NCBI GenBank assembly: GCA_002633005.1
Contig: NMRA01000116.1
Coordinates: 280,474-344,473 of the forward strand
Origin: Phoronis australis
Taxonomy: Eukaryota; Animalia; Phoronida
Direction of reading: 5' to 3'
DNA: 64,000 bases
Numbering within the stretch: position 1 is the stretch's first letter; every line of letters begins with the position of its first letter. This document shows, in pieces, positions 28,101-43,100 of the stretch. The position numbers were made by a program, and so were the translations under genes. The notes beneath the pieces are model-generated. The model searched no databases and was not told the origin of the DNA. It was given only the letters and a program-made list of their open reading frames with translations.

Positions 28101-31100
28101 TTTACATTAGTACTCTACAGGCCATTCTAACTCTTGTGAATTTTGACCGACAACTGAAACAGAGAAATATGTAGAAATTTCTCAGCAAACTTATACTAAA
28201 ACCTACTAATGTATATACATAAGGTCTAATACATACAACTCACCATTCACAGTGTGATATGCAACAATGCACTTCACTGCTGGACTGACCTCTTGTGATA
28301 CATATTCTCCGATACCTCATCAATCATTCGCCAAATCATTTCCTGGAGAGTTCTACGAACTAAAATAGGTTTACCCAATTGATTTCCACCACCCCGTTAA
28401 ATCCCACCTGTTGCCTGACAGCCATCCTCACAAGTCACACTACCCCTCAATGACATTTACCTAAACTACATTCAATTACATACGTCAACTTACGTTATCA
28501 GATAAATCTTCAGCTTTCACAAACTCAACAGATCCTTGTACAATTGGTTTCTCAGCTACTACAGGTGTTGTCGAATTCTTTCTCTTACGCTCATGCTTAC
28601 AAAAAGCATTATCATGGAGAGTCCCATCCTCAGAAGCAGGCATGTTGCTGGTTGTCAAGTCGTGAGTCTCACACATACAGTCACAGCAGACTAATCTATT
28701 TAATCGCGATGGTACACTGTATAAACGTATCACACTCCACTCTTTTGATACCGCTTAATGTCACGCAGTATAAAGAACATTTGTGTACCAACTCATAGCT
28801 TAACAAAATATTCTAAGTAGTGCCTATGGATACCTGTACAATAGGCCTCAAGACACACATTGCATTCAGGTTAACCTTAACAATTTTACCACGTCATTTA
28901 TGCATACGTCTCTGAATGCCTCATTAATTAAGTTAAATCTAGTGACAAGTTTAGAAAAGAGTGTAATGCCACTAAAACGACGCTGACAATGCAGTATTTG
29001 AATGGAGTTATGTAAAAAACAAACACTATCAAAACCTTACAGGCGAAATGAAGGGTTGTATTGTAGTATTGTAGAAGGGATTTGATTTCATGAATGTGTG
29101 TGTTAGATCTGTTTAATTGCATATCAGTACAGAGGCTTATCTGCAGGGCAAGCACAATATTGTATACTTAATACTGAAGGGTATACTCTTGTTAAAGCAA
29201 GGGTATACTCTTGTTAAAGCATGGGTTGGTTTCTATAGACACAGCCCCACCCACTGACTAGTTTCAAGATATCTCCATTGTGCTATCTTACTTCGAGTCC
29301 CTACTCATAACATAATCTACCAAGACGCACTAGAAACAGATTGTCACTAACTGACACCAACGTACTCAAACCAAAAAAATATGTTAAAAAGCTTTGATAC
29401 TTTATCATCAGATTTCAATTCATTTGATCACTTTAAAAGATTTTGTGTATTGCTACATTACAAGAGCTATTCTTACATCCTGAACAACAAACTAGACAAG
29501 AATTTGCACTAAATATAATCAAATCTATGCCTCTACCTGACAGACAGTGTCGTAAAAAGTGGGGTGTCACAACTGGATCCATGTTTGGTTTACAAAAATA
29601 TTTTCCCCATATTCATTTGCCAATTACCCGCAATTTTTCCACCAACTCTAGTTCATTATCATGATTTGCCTAAATAATAAATATAATCATGGTAATAATG
29701 AATGATGTTCGATAATAATTTCGTAGTCTTTAGAAATAATTAAAATCTCACAGCTGAGACATTTTCGTTAACTTCATCAATTGATTGACACATTAAAGGT
29801 GCAGGCTTGCATTTTCGAGATCAAAAAAACAGGATTATTGCCTGATGTCATTTTGACTTCTTGAAGTTATCAGATTTGAGTTATAAAACAACATCTATGA
29901 TTTTGAGATTTAATTACAACTCAGCAAGTCATCCATGACTTTACCAGTTCAAGCTGCATTTCGACTCGTTCATTTGGCTAGAAACAAATATCGAATAATT
30001 CCTCTCACTCTCATAAATTGCTTAGTAATATTCCTTACTCCGACAGGATTCTGTTTCTGTTACATGATAAGGGAAATAGAATCCTGTCAGGGTAAGGAAT
30101 GATGAGAACAATTTTATGAGAGTAAAAGCTTTAATATGATTTTTGTTTTAACAATCTAAACAGAGCAAACTGCTGCTCTAAATTATGCTTAAAACACTTT
30201 GCCATTCAATGAATTGGGATTAGCTCCGCCAGCGTTGGATTCAAAAGGTACCCACTTGACCATACTAGCTAAAACTATAATCCGTCTTTCCCAAAAACAG
30301 AATCTAAGGCATATTTAATTCCTGTTTAATGACAACAAAGGTTGTTTACTTTACAGCGACACTCCTTTAACTTGCAAGTGTGGTTATAGGTAACTAGCCT
30401 CATAATTATTCTTATTTGCACAAGTGCCTAGCAACATGAGATAAAACTTCTATTTGAGAGGTTGTTTCAGACAAGAAGGTGAAAGTGGTGACGAACCGGA
30501 GCAACCTCATAATTTTTAGTTTTGAAAGACAGGAAAGTATGATATTGAAAAACCTACTGTAGGAATATTTTTCACACAAGTGTTACGAAAAAGGTTCTAT
30601 GAACTAAAGCCAAGTATTGTACAGTCACAATGTATGCTGAATTGTTTACTTAATAAATTTTGAAAAACAAAGAAATTCACACAAAAAGTACCAGTTACAT
30701 CAGTTAGAAAATGCACATCATCATACAATTTTTCAAGGAAATGAAAATATTCAATCAGACATTTCTGAACAATTAAAGTTACTGTAACTCTATGTTATCT
30801 CTGGTATCTACTGCATGATTATCTACAAGACTGTAGCGACATCTATAGTTAAGCACTAAAACTACTGGAATCATTAAAAGTGCTAGTTGAGTTACTGGCA
30901 AACAAGCACGTACAACTGGCCATTCAATGAGATCATTCAGACAAAGATGAAAGAATAAGTAAAAGAACAAGTCTACTCATCCACAAGTAATCACTAGGCC
31001 AGGTGAAAAATAACCCAAAATTATTTTTTTGACATTTTCTATTTTACTTTTGTGCAAACTCAAAATAAGTGTCTATTATTCTATGCTCGGTTACAGAATG

Positions 31101-34100
31101 CCAATACGTGGATAACTTTCTAATCCTATTTTGCACTTGATGACCCCAGCAGTAAAGCTAAATGTTCAAGTCTGAACTCAAAACTTTGAGTTTTTACTGA
31201 TAAATGGTGTGAATATAGGGGTCATCAAGAGCAAACATGATCTAGAAACTCTTACACCAATATGTGCTCAAGCACAGACCTATAGACACTAGTCTTGAGT
31301 TCGCACAAAAGTGGAACACGAAAATGCCAAATATAATTTCGAGTTCAATTTTGAGTTTTGAGTACAAAGGTTAGACTCGAGCGATATCACACATTCCTTC
31401 CCAACAAAAAGTGTAATTTCGAGGCAAAATTAACACAGATTGGTGAGAGATGCAATATTAATTTGAAAGAAACACCTGTACTCACCGTTTTTGCCTTAAT
31501 TTCTTTCTCAACCCTTGACTTGGCATTTTCCAATTCATGAATTGTCTCGTCTAAAATAGCCTTCTCTTTCTCCCTAAAATCAACAAAAAATAATTGTCAT
31601 AACTCAAGAAAGAGGCATCGTCTTCAACCAAAATTAGCTGAATCCTAGCTTCACCATACACAAAGCATGAAATGCCTATAAAACTGCTTATTCAATGGCA
31701 TAGCATTTTCGGAAATCAACAAGACCTTTGAATTACCTATTTAACTTGGCTTATTGAGTGCCCGGGAGGGGGGGGCTCCATTATTTTCATGGGGATGGAG
31801 TACTGGGAAATTGAGGTATCCAACTCTTTACTGAGTCAGCACTATAGTATAAATATCTAATCTGGCTTTTCAAGAGTTATCATGATTAAAAAGAACTCAA
31901 TTGGTTTATTTGAAATAAAAACACTTTGAACAAGTCTTACTAACACACCAAACTTCAATAGAATTTGAAACCCTTACGTAGAATTCTGTTGCAAATGATA
32001 CTTTTGTAGAATTAAGAGATGAATAGGTCAGGTTAGGTGGGGCTGTGAAAAATCTACCCCCCACAGCTAAGCTGCAATGACCCATATGTACCACTTTGAT
32101 AAGTTGAGCTGAGGTTGTAAGCAGAAAAGCAGTCCTAACTGGCGAAAACCATGAACTCTACAGGCCAAAGTATTTATAGTATCCCTTACCATAGGTTAGT
32201 CAAGTTTTAGTCATATTTTAGTCACATATTACAAGAAATCTCTTCTACACAGTAAACAATAGCTGAGTCATCTGGGAAGGAAAATTCAAGTTACACCAAA
32301 ATTTACAAGGCATACAATAACATATTACTAAGACTTCATCTATAATTTATTTTTTATTTATTTACTTATTAACTTCTTTAAAAGACTGGGTGACCACTTC
32401 AGTGAATACACTGATTTTCAAGTGGGTCCAGTCAGAAATAATTACGTGAAGTAACATACAGACAGCTATGTACAATTAGATTGAAAAGATTAATAAATAA
32501 AGTAAATTAGTATATAAATTAATGAGTATATACAATTGGATAAATAAATAAGATAAAACAGAGTAAAATAATGAGCTGAGGCTTACAGTCCTGAACCACG
32601 CACAAAGTCCCAAAAATTCTATAAAAACAATCTATGATGCTAAAAACCTAAAATATATAAATATTTCAACATGTATATCAACTCCAAGATACAAATTCTG
32701 ACCTTCCACAACCGAGGAGATTTTAAATGTGATGTAATCCTAGCACACTCTGGTGACAACAAACGTTAATTTTTGCTGGTGTTAAAACAAAAAGTAGAAG
32801 ACATGACAAACAGGAACAAGTTTCCAAACACTGCACACCAGTTCTTGAAAGTCAAATCTTCAATTTCTTTATCACTGAATGAAATCTGATTCCCAGAGAG
32901 AACATGGCAAGTCAGTACAACAATAACTTTACACAGTATACCACCCCAATTTCAGAAATGCACAAGTTTACTTAGGTAAGTAAATGAAAACTCATGTTTA
33001 AATCTTCTTATTTTTATAAGTGTCTACATACCATATACTGCAAATATCTTAAGTGTCAAAAAACTGCCTTCTGTCCAAAAAATCGATTTACAGTAAAAAT
33101 TCTTCTTTTTGAAGACACAATATGACAGACAAGTGGTCCATATATTTCATAACACCAAATTTCTTCACAAAAAACCTTCAGTAACATTTCGCTTGGTTGA
33201 TAGCGAGCTTTCTGTGGTGATTTTAAGTCACCAAATAACATTTACCGTATTCGCCCTAGTAAGCGCCCAGGGCGCTTAGAAAAATTCACTTCACTGAGGA
33301 AGGGGGGCGCTTATTATAGTCCAAAAGTAGTTGAAATCTGGTCTCCAAAACAGGCGAAATTGTAAGCTAGAATTCATCAAATTTACGCTCTGTGACGCAC
33401 CTGTAACCTATGACGGATTTGTTACAAAATTGCAGTGCATTGCTATCAAACTTTGTTGTTTTAACAACAAAGTTTAAAAACGATGAGCATTTTTCAGAAA
33501 ATCCCAGTGTCGAAAAATCGCCGGCTGATGCGTCGCTGCCTCACGATTGCGGACAGGTCAACTTGAATTCTTGAACAAAAATAGAGTTTCGACTCAACAA
33601 ATTACCTGAAGTCATCCTTAAGTTTTCAAAATAGCATCCCTAAGTTTTTTAAGTTCCTGTGGAGTCAGGATTAACTGCATTATAAGTCCAAATCTATGCA
33701 AGATCGTAGTCCACAACACGAGAAAAATCTCTGGACAAACACACATGTTGCTGTCACATGTTTGTTTTGAAGTTCGTCTATGTGTGAGAGTGAGCGAGCC
33801 CCTGCATATCATCAGAGTTCATTTGTCAGAGTAAACGCAATGTAACGATCTGGGTGTGCATTGCAACTAAGGAAATTGACACAAGCAGTAAACCAAAACT
33901 TGTTTTATTTAGCACTTGTTGATCTCATCTGCTAAAAAACGCTCGGATATTGTCTTGGTAAGGCCGATGTCATTGAGTTGCCAGGTGACTGGATGCGTAA
34001 CAGTCTAACAGTAATTTCGGGAGATTCGAGGGGTGTAAGGGTGCGGAAGTGTTCACTATTAGTGGGTCATTTTGACCAAAAACACCAATTACGACTAATT

Positions 34101-37100
34101 CAATAATTCCTCCTATAAATAACGCGAACATTTTTTACGGTATTAGAAACTTTCGGAAATAAGTGCCATTATTTATTTCTTGCCGATGCTACGCTACCCA
34201 TTTCATGAATAGTTCCCGAAGATTAATCTTCGATGGCAGGTACTTAAATGTAGCGCACACTTCCTGGCCACGTGCTTTTAACTGAACAAAGGTCAAGTTT
34301 TTATTAGTCTTCGATTTGCAGTTTTCACGTGTACAAAGAAATTTGGATTCCTGCTGAGGGAGAAGATCTGTACGCGAAAGATACAATACAATCCCTTTGA
34401 CAAGTACGCTGCGTCAGTTCTGAAAGGCCAGACCATAATAGGACACGTCCTCGCAAGATCAGCAAAACTTGCATTATTTTTGAAGCACGACGGAAATTTG
34501 AAGTGTATAGTCACGGCTAAATAGCGACACAGCGGCGAGGCTCGTGGTCTACAAATTCCACACACAATGATTTTTTCAGGACTCTCGGATCTTACCGGGG
34601 TTTTCCATAGATAAGCCCACCCGATGAAATGCCCATGGGCATTTATTCGGAAAATTATGCCAAATACACGCCCATGGGCGTTTATTTGGTGTTACAACTT
34701 GTGGCGTCAAATGTCCAGACAGTGTCACGTACTGGTTTGGAAATTTTCCTCTCCACTCAGCGTCAACTTTTTGTCACAAATTCAGTTTCGTAGAGCATTT
34801 ATCATTTATAAAAAGGAACAAGGCGTTGGCGAACTATGCATTTATCAACAAAAAATTTAAAAACGTAATTTTAAGTAAAAGAGTGTCAAGCCAAGCAAAA
34901 CTATGACTTTCCATTTACTAACGCGCTCCCTTTTCCGAATAAACGCCCGGGCGTTAATTTGGTGTTCCTAAAACGCCTGAAAATTTTCATTTTCCAAATA
35001 CACGCTCTTGGGCTTATCTACGGAAATTCCCAGTCGATTGATAAATTGAAGACGTTACTGTAGAATTTTAGATCTGTAGGTAAGGCATTTTTCGCATGTA
35101 CACGACGCTCTTGGACTGGGCGCTTATTTAGGGCAAATACAGTAGTAAAATTTTGAATAATGGTAGCAGCCTGAAGCTTTTAAAAAATTTTCAAAACTAT
35201 GATTTGAGCAATCATCGTTCTCCCAAATTGGAGAAATTTCACGGTAGACCACTAACCACTATGGAATTGGTATCAAATTGTTCTCTAATTGAACACACAG
35301 TTGGCTAACAGTAGGCTGTCACTAGTTGGTGAATAGCCATTGATGACCGATTGTAACAGCTCACTCTCACACTGTTCTGGCTTTGTCAGACAGCCTCATT
35401 ATGTTTGTTATGGTGTAGGACACATCAAAACATGTCAAGACTTAAACATCTCCTTACTTTTCTTAATATATCTTCAGAACCAGTTGGATATGGTCAGTGA
35501 TGACTCATGCGAAGACTTCAAATTAAAACTTATGTTTCAAAAGATGTACAGTAAAATGTCAACAATTGTGGACAAAAAATACCAAAAGTGACTTTCAAAC
35601 TTTTTATTTATTCAGTGTCTTCTCACACTGTTGCGATTGCCAACAATTTGTAAGAACATTGTCTGCTGGTAGCAGTTGTATAAAACTTGAAAATGACGAA
35701 GGAAGAGTTACTTATTTTTTTATGAAAAAGGAAGAAATAAGTGTTCACCATACTGTGTCCTAAATTGATGGTTAGATTTTACCGTGTTATTTTTTGACAA
35801 TTTGGTCACTCTTCTTGTAATGTTTCTGACTTAATGGTTAAATATTTAGCTATCCACGAATTTCTACTAAAGGGTTAGTTTAAGGAATTACTATGGTAAC
35901 CTTAACCTCTGTAACCTTGACCCCTGTATCCTTGACCCCTGTAATATGGCCGTGTCCGGAACAATTGCCTACACAAGGAGACCTCCTTTAACGAGTGGGT
36001 TCCTTTGGGTGAGTCCACTCCCTACGCGAGTGGGTATCGTAATTTTTTGGATGTACCCCGTCATCATAAACATGAAGTAGAGTACCCATTGCCCACGAAC
36101 AGCAGATCTTCCCTCAGAGTTAGGGTTGGGTATCTGCCTGATAGCACACTGTCAGCAGCTCTGCGCAATACTTCAATTTCCTCCGGCTCTTTTTCATGCG
36201 TCTCTGTGGATGGGCACGAGATGTTTTGCAACATCTATAGTCATGGCGCTACTTATTGCCTATCTTTCCAGGGATCATTATTTTTTATTTACCATATTGT
36301 ATTTTCTATCATATAAATGACCTCATTTCGCCAACCTCGGCCTCCTGGTAACGAGCTTGCGATGCTCATATTTTAAATTGGGGCATATGTTAATGAAAAG
36401 ACTGAAATAGGAAGAAATTAGAAGTTAGCTAAACAGGAGCCTTTTCTAATCGTTTTAGAAGGAATATCCCACCAGCTCAGCATGAGGCAGTCGACTAAGA
36501 TAGCCCTTCCTAATCTGTATTTTATCTACTGGTGACTAAAAACAGATATTATATGCCCCCTGGCCTGCACCTGGAGGACCCTAGAAAATGTCCAAATGTG
36601 ATTAACCGGGCAGCATCATATCTCACAAATGGCTGATTGGATTCAAATGAGCTTTCAGATGATAGAGTACACTTTATGCACAGTTCTCTAAAATATTGTT
36701 AGAAACTTTTTATATGTCCCACTTTTGCATAAAGGGCCCTCAAAATAGGACTTTTATAATTTTAGGTGGTGACTCAAAAGTTGCTTAAGATGAAAACAAA
36801 TCATTTAGAAAACTGAAACAATTTGAGACTATGATTTGAAATTTATTTCAAACAAAATTTTGGCTGTGTTATTGACACTATCATTTTGATATGAATGTAC
36901 CTTTCTTTCTCGCTAAAATTTACACCAAAAAACGCGTTCACATAACACAATCTATAGTAGATTGGTACAAAGTGAAAAAATCCAAGTTGTACATGCTCTC
37001 TACTTTCAGAAAATATACCGACTTCCAAAATTTTCAGCACTTGGTTCTCAGGTGTTCAATGGTTGCAGTAGTAGAAACATGACTGTTAGTTACCATACCA

Positions 37101-40100
37101 ATCACTGCTAGTGAGTGCTCTCAGAACTTATAATGCATTGCATAATGAAAACAACTCTTCCTAATCTGGATCACTTGGAATCTCCAGGTGCTAAACCCGG
37201 GCATTAACCCGAACGTTTACGGTAAGTTTAATACCCAACTGAATAAGTGCTTTGTTAAAACTGAGAATACCTCTACAATATCTTAAAAACTGTGAAATGG
37301 TGTCACTTCAAAAACACACCTTACAGTGGAGTTTACAATTGTCCCTGCCCGTAAAATGCTCCGTAAGGTTATATGTAGGACCCTAGGAGGATGTCCAACT
37401 TCATAACATCATATCTCTGAAACAGCTTGTCCGGTTCACATGACAGTTTCACATACTATGGTTCATCCACTGTTTTCCAACACACTGTTAGGAACTGTTT
37501 TTAAAACATTCTACAGTTGCACGAGGGGCTATCAAAAAATTGGACTTGTATGATTTTTATGAAAAAAAATTAAAGTTGCATAAAATGAAAATGAAATGAT
37601 AATTCAGAAAAGTGTAACAGCGTTTTTGAGATTTCATCTTGAACACTTATAACATATGACATTTCCTCGTGTTTTTGATCCTGTTGTTTTGCTACGAAAG
37701 TACTTATCTTTTTTACTAAATTTACGTAAGAGCATGGTCACGTGACCAAATTAATGGCAGATTGGTGTAAAGTCAAAAGTCAAATTCTACGGAATTTCTT
37801 GTTTTAAGAAATATATACTTTTGCTGAGTTAAATTCTAGATTAGATATTTGGCTTGATATTATCTTGTCAATAAGGTCCTATACAACCCTAATCAACAGT
37901 AGATTAGATAATAGACACTCAGGTTTTTCAAAGGTGGTTCAGTTTGATATGTTATGATTGCACTTACCATGGTAGGGTGCAAAAACATGGGCAGATTAGT
38001 AAATAATCTCTAAGACAAACAGCATTACACGGTTAGAGACTAAAGATAAATATGTAACAAATGAGAAAATCCTTGTCTACCAATGGATATTAGTGATGAT
38101 AAATGGGTAAAATTGAAAAAAAAACAGGAATAAGGAATTATGAAATTTTCAATTGTTAAAAATATCATTGTCAACAGGAACATGTTAGGAATAACAAACA
38201 GTAATCAAGAAATAGCGCTGTTCAGCTACTATATCTTCATAAAAAATAATTACAGGTGGTGTGGTACAAGCAAGACATCCAGGTGGGCCAATTGCACAGA
38301 TTAGCTGGAACCATTTTTATGCTTTATTAATACATAGTTAAAACTGAGCTGGAGACCCGACTCAAGGGTGTAGCAGTGTGTCTCAGTGGGACTCAAGGGT
38401 CTAGCAGTGTACTACCCACTGAAAGTCGAACCCATGACGTTGAGTAGAGGCAGTGGACACATATCCCTCTAGGCCACACACTACCTCCTCTCCTATCTCT
38501 TTAGTTAATACCAGAATTATTACATTTACCTGGACTATGAACTCTAATGGATATTCCTTTTAAAAGACGTAATTTCCAACTAGAATTTGTCTATTTTCAA
38601 TTGAAGCCCCTCTGTGCACTATCAACTACTTTCCCAACTAATATTTGAATTCAATGCTTTAAATGAATTACAAATACATTATACGAATGACCGTTATTAG
38701 ATAATAGTAACACTATTGTTTCTGAAGCATTTCTTGAAGGCTGAAATAAATACACTACAAGATCAAAGAGGTTTTCTTAACTTGAACAAATGATTTTAGC
38801 ACATTATTTTGGGACTGACGCAGTATGTAATGCTGATCAAAGAAGCCTATGGCTGATGTGAGTTTTATTACGCAAATAAAATGTCTACTTCACACCTGTA
38901 AGTGTAGAATAGTTGTAGTTAGCTTAACATGCTCAACAGTCAATAAGAAATTTCAAAAACTATGTCGAGGCGAACATGCTAAAAATGAGAGCTCATCAAC
39001 TAACAAGTCAGCAAATAATGAAGCCCAAACTTCATGAGTGTCTTAAAGTTCTTGAAATGTCTAGAAAATACTAAGCTTACCAAAACAAGACAAGAAGGAC
39101 ATACAATTAATTGTACAAGGAAATAATATATACGAATCTATAGACTCATCCAAAGTTGATCTTCGAATCGTTGTGAATGTCCACAACTTCTTAAAATATT
39201 GTCAAATGGAAATTGTTGTATAGAACTTAAAAATGATAAAGCTTTTTTGGGCAAAATGAAAAAATAACATTGAAATTTTACTTTTCTGCCACATTATGTC
39301 TTAAATTGGTAAAATTTTACAGTATTCAAGTCTGATTACATTAGTATTATTTATTTATTTGTGACAGTCAAATTCAAATATTAGATCACCAGTAAACAAA
39401 ATATCAAAGTAACGTTTCTGGTGCTGAAAAACCAATGCAAGACTGATAAGCTAAAAACTGACTGTTATAGAAGCTATCAACACTCAACTCTAGTGCACGG
39501 AAATTATTAAAACATAAATTCTGAGAATGAATTGCATCAACTGATAAAAATCCATGTAAACGATTGGTTTTCTAAAGACTTTTCCTGAAAATATCAATAT
39601 CAAACAACATGGAAAACCAAATACAGTGACCTCTAAAAGTTAACTGATCAAAAATAGATCACTACCTATGTTCAGCTCGTTTCTGTTCCAATAGTTGTTG
39701 TGTCGCTGTATGTAAACTTATCTTTCTACCAGGTGATTTCTGCGCTGCAGATTTTCTGTCCCCACCTACTGCTCTCTTCACCATATTTCTCCACGTGGAA
39801 ACTGTTCTTCTCTCAGCCATTGAAGTGGCTCAATTTTCACACACACAAGTCAGGACAAATGCAAAGTTCAACCATGTTCTTCTCAACACTATTGAACAAC
39901 ACTTGATTTTACAGGCTCCATCTCGATTTGACTTGATTACAAAGAGACAGACGACACCATATCAGCCCATATCTTTAACAGATAATTCAATTGAACTGGA
40001 TTCAATAATCGACATCCTTGAAATCCTCCACTGTCTGTGCATCAATAGAAATCACAGTCGCACAGTCCGCCAACACTAGAACCACACTGCATAACATAAC

Positions 40101-43100
40101 CTAATACTCACTTAAATATTATCAATTAAAAAATGGGTGTTTCCAGAACATGAAAGTTGTGTATACTGATAAATTCTAAGGATTAAAAAATTTTACAATT
40201 CCAGTCGTTTTAGGGGGGTCATCTGAAATTGATAATATTTTAAACCCCTATTTAAACAAAGTATGAAATTTTAGATTAACTCATCCACATTGCTCTAAAT
40301 ATATTGCAGACATTTCCATATGTATGACATAACTTAATTTTCTTTGTTGAACAGCAATTGCAACAAACAAGTATATTGAAATTTAATCAAGTTTCCATCA
40401 GCTATCCATAAAATAGTCGTCTATCTTGTATCCTGATCAATGAACTGATCCTTGAGGGAAACAAAAAGACTTAATTCAATGAATATTAAGTAAATGTCAA
40501 ACTTTTTGAAAAATCATGTGCTAATGCAAATCTTTTGAAATTCATAGCCATGAAATTCAACTACTTGACAGATAATCACCATCAATTGAGTGAAGCAAAA
40601 AGCTAATTATTACCAGTTTGAAATGCCAATAGGAAAAGACAAAAACAAGGCAACTCCCCTCTTTGGTCTTCTTGCTAAAAATCAATGCCAAAAGCACGGC
40701 AAACAGTTTGAAAGTTTGCATTATTCTCCACTACAGCAGTAGCCTAAGTGATGGTATGCAAATCCTATCTTCACTGTTAGATACTCTGTTAATCTAACTG
40801 TAATAATTTACTTAATAGATAAACCTGCAAGACTCATGTTTGGGCTTCAGATTAACATACCAAAGTTTGCACATCCTAGATGACCTATGTCAAGGAAATG
40901 CGATTCCTATAGTTTTACAAGTGCAAAAACAGTTATGAAAAAACGTCACCAATTTAGGACACAAGATTCAGACGGGTGAAATTATATTTTCTTATTTTTC
41001 ATAAATGATACACACTACCAAAATGATGCATTGCCATAGCTACCAACAGGCAATATTTTGAAAATTATCGGCATTCCCTACAATCATTCACAGCCTTTTT
41101 AAAATTAAAAAGTGACATTTTGGCAATTAGTTTTGTCTGAAATAGGTGAGATTTCACCATAACCCATTTTTTAAATTGCGAACAGAGACCAATACCTGCA
41201 ACTGAATTCAAACAAAACACATGAGACTAAGAATAGCTTAGATGGCTTCTTCAGGATAATGCTGGATAACAGTTTTTAGATAACTCTTATCAATTCTAAT
41301 AATATTGCAGTTACGAGTTCTCACCTTTGAGGTCACCACTTTGAACAAACAATCATATACTATTGATAAATCAAAATCAGATACCTTGAGGAAAGAACAT
41401 CATTTGCGAATAAGTTACAATTAAACTGACTAGGGTAAAAATTTGCTCTTCTTAAAATCTTTTTCTACTTAAAAATTAAGTGGATTAACATTAAGCTTAT
41501 GGTAATTAAGGGCAATCTCTCCAATTTGGGTTATAAAAACTTGTGAGGAAAATGTGAAAAGTTTACTTTCCAAAAGGAATTATTTCCATGGAAACACATT
41601 CCCACAAATTAGATTCTATTTGTTTATATTCAGAACCTACTTCAAAATCAACTTTAAAATGTAATTTAGACAAATGTCAGTCCTAAGGTTATATAGCACC
41701 CAAGGAAAATGTTCAAATTTGGCTAACTTCAGAGCATCTCTCAGAAATGGCCGTCTGGATTTTTAAAATGTTCCACTTTTGCATGAGATGTAATCGGAAT
41801 GGGGCTTTTATGATAAACATGAAAAAAGTTGCAAAAACAAAAACAAAATGACATTTCAGAAACTGTGCCAGCATTTTCGTGGGGCTCGTCTTGAACATTT
41901 ATATCAAATAAAAATGGATCATGTAATTGACACCATTGTTTCTCAATGAATGCACCTGTTTTATGCTAAATTCTACTAAAAAGACACCATCACAAGACCA
42001 CGTTGATATCAGACTGGTGAAGGGTCATAAATAAAATCCTACATTTCTACTTTCAGAAATTACATGCTTTTACAAAGTTGAAAATCAATAATTCTGTAGA
42101 CATTTGGTAAATACGCAGACCTACCAATAAGGTCCTACATAACCCTACCAATGAAGAATTTTGACTGTATAATAGGTTTCTGTTATTACGTTTCTACTAC
42201 GGAGTTATTTTCTGTTTTTTGTTCTTGTGTTTCACTTCCAACTCCAGTTCTTTGGCCAAGATTCACTACAAAACCGGGCCACTCAGTGGTATCATGTAGC
42301 TGGACAATGTTTTCCTGCATCAACCGGGAAAACCAGTGACGCCATTCACCCTTGATATCACGAAAGTTGATCTAAGCTCCTATTGTATTGTACAGGGGAA
42401 TTATTGTATTAGCGATGTCTTCACTGCAATAAAATCCTGTCTGAAATAATGTGAAATGCAGAACTGGCAATTTTTTAACGTGTTTGGGGTCTGAAATTGA
42501 ATTTCGTGTGAAAAGTTATTGCAGATTCCTTCTTTCGCAGAAAAAATTGAGCAAAACGATGTGATGGGTTTTTATTAGTTGACAACAGTTTTGATATACA
42601 TATTTATACCAGGCTTCTGAAAATAGGTATCAGTATTGTCAGGAATATTGACTAAACAGGAGTTTGTTGTAATGTAACCAAACCAATGTTCATAATTCTC
42701 TTAAACCAGAGTTCACTTGATTGTGATTCTTTTTGTCCACAGATGGGAGTCCCCAAATTTACACAGACTGAATAACAAACACTTAATGATGGTAGTAACA
42801 GCAATGACACCGATTACTGTGACCGTCTCTGTGGCTGATAATAGACCCACAGGAGTGAGTGTCATTCCTGAATGCCTAGCTAATTCAGTATCTACCCACA
42901 CTCATTAGTACCCACTGATTCAAGTGGATAGATAATTGACACATGGTAGTCAAACACAGCATTACCTCTTCTTACCACAAATTCCCAACAGGCATCCAAA
43001 AATAATTAGATCAGACATAATGTGAGGGTCATCAGTCATCTCCAGGCTGCTAATGCAACATTTTCTAACCATGGATGGATTTAATTCTGCCCTCATAATG

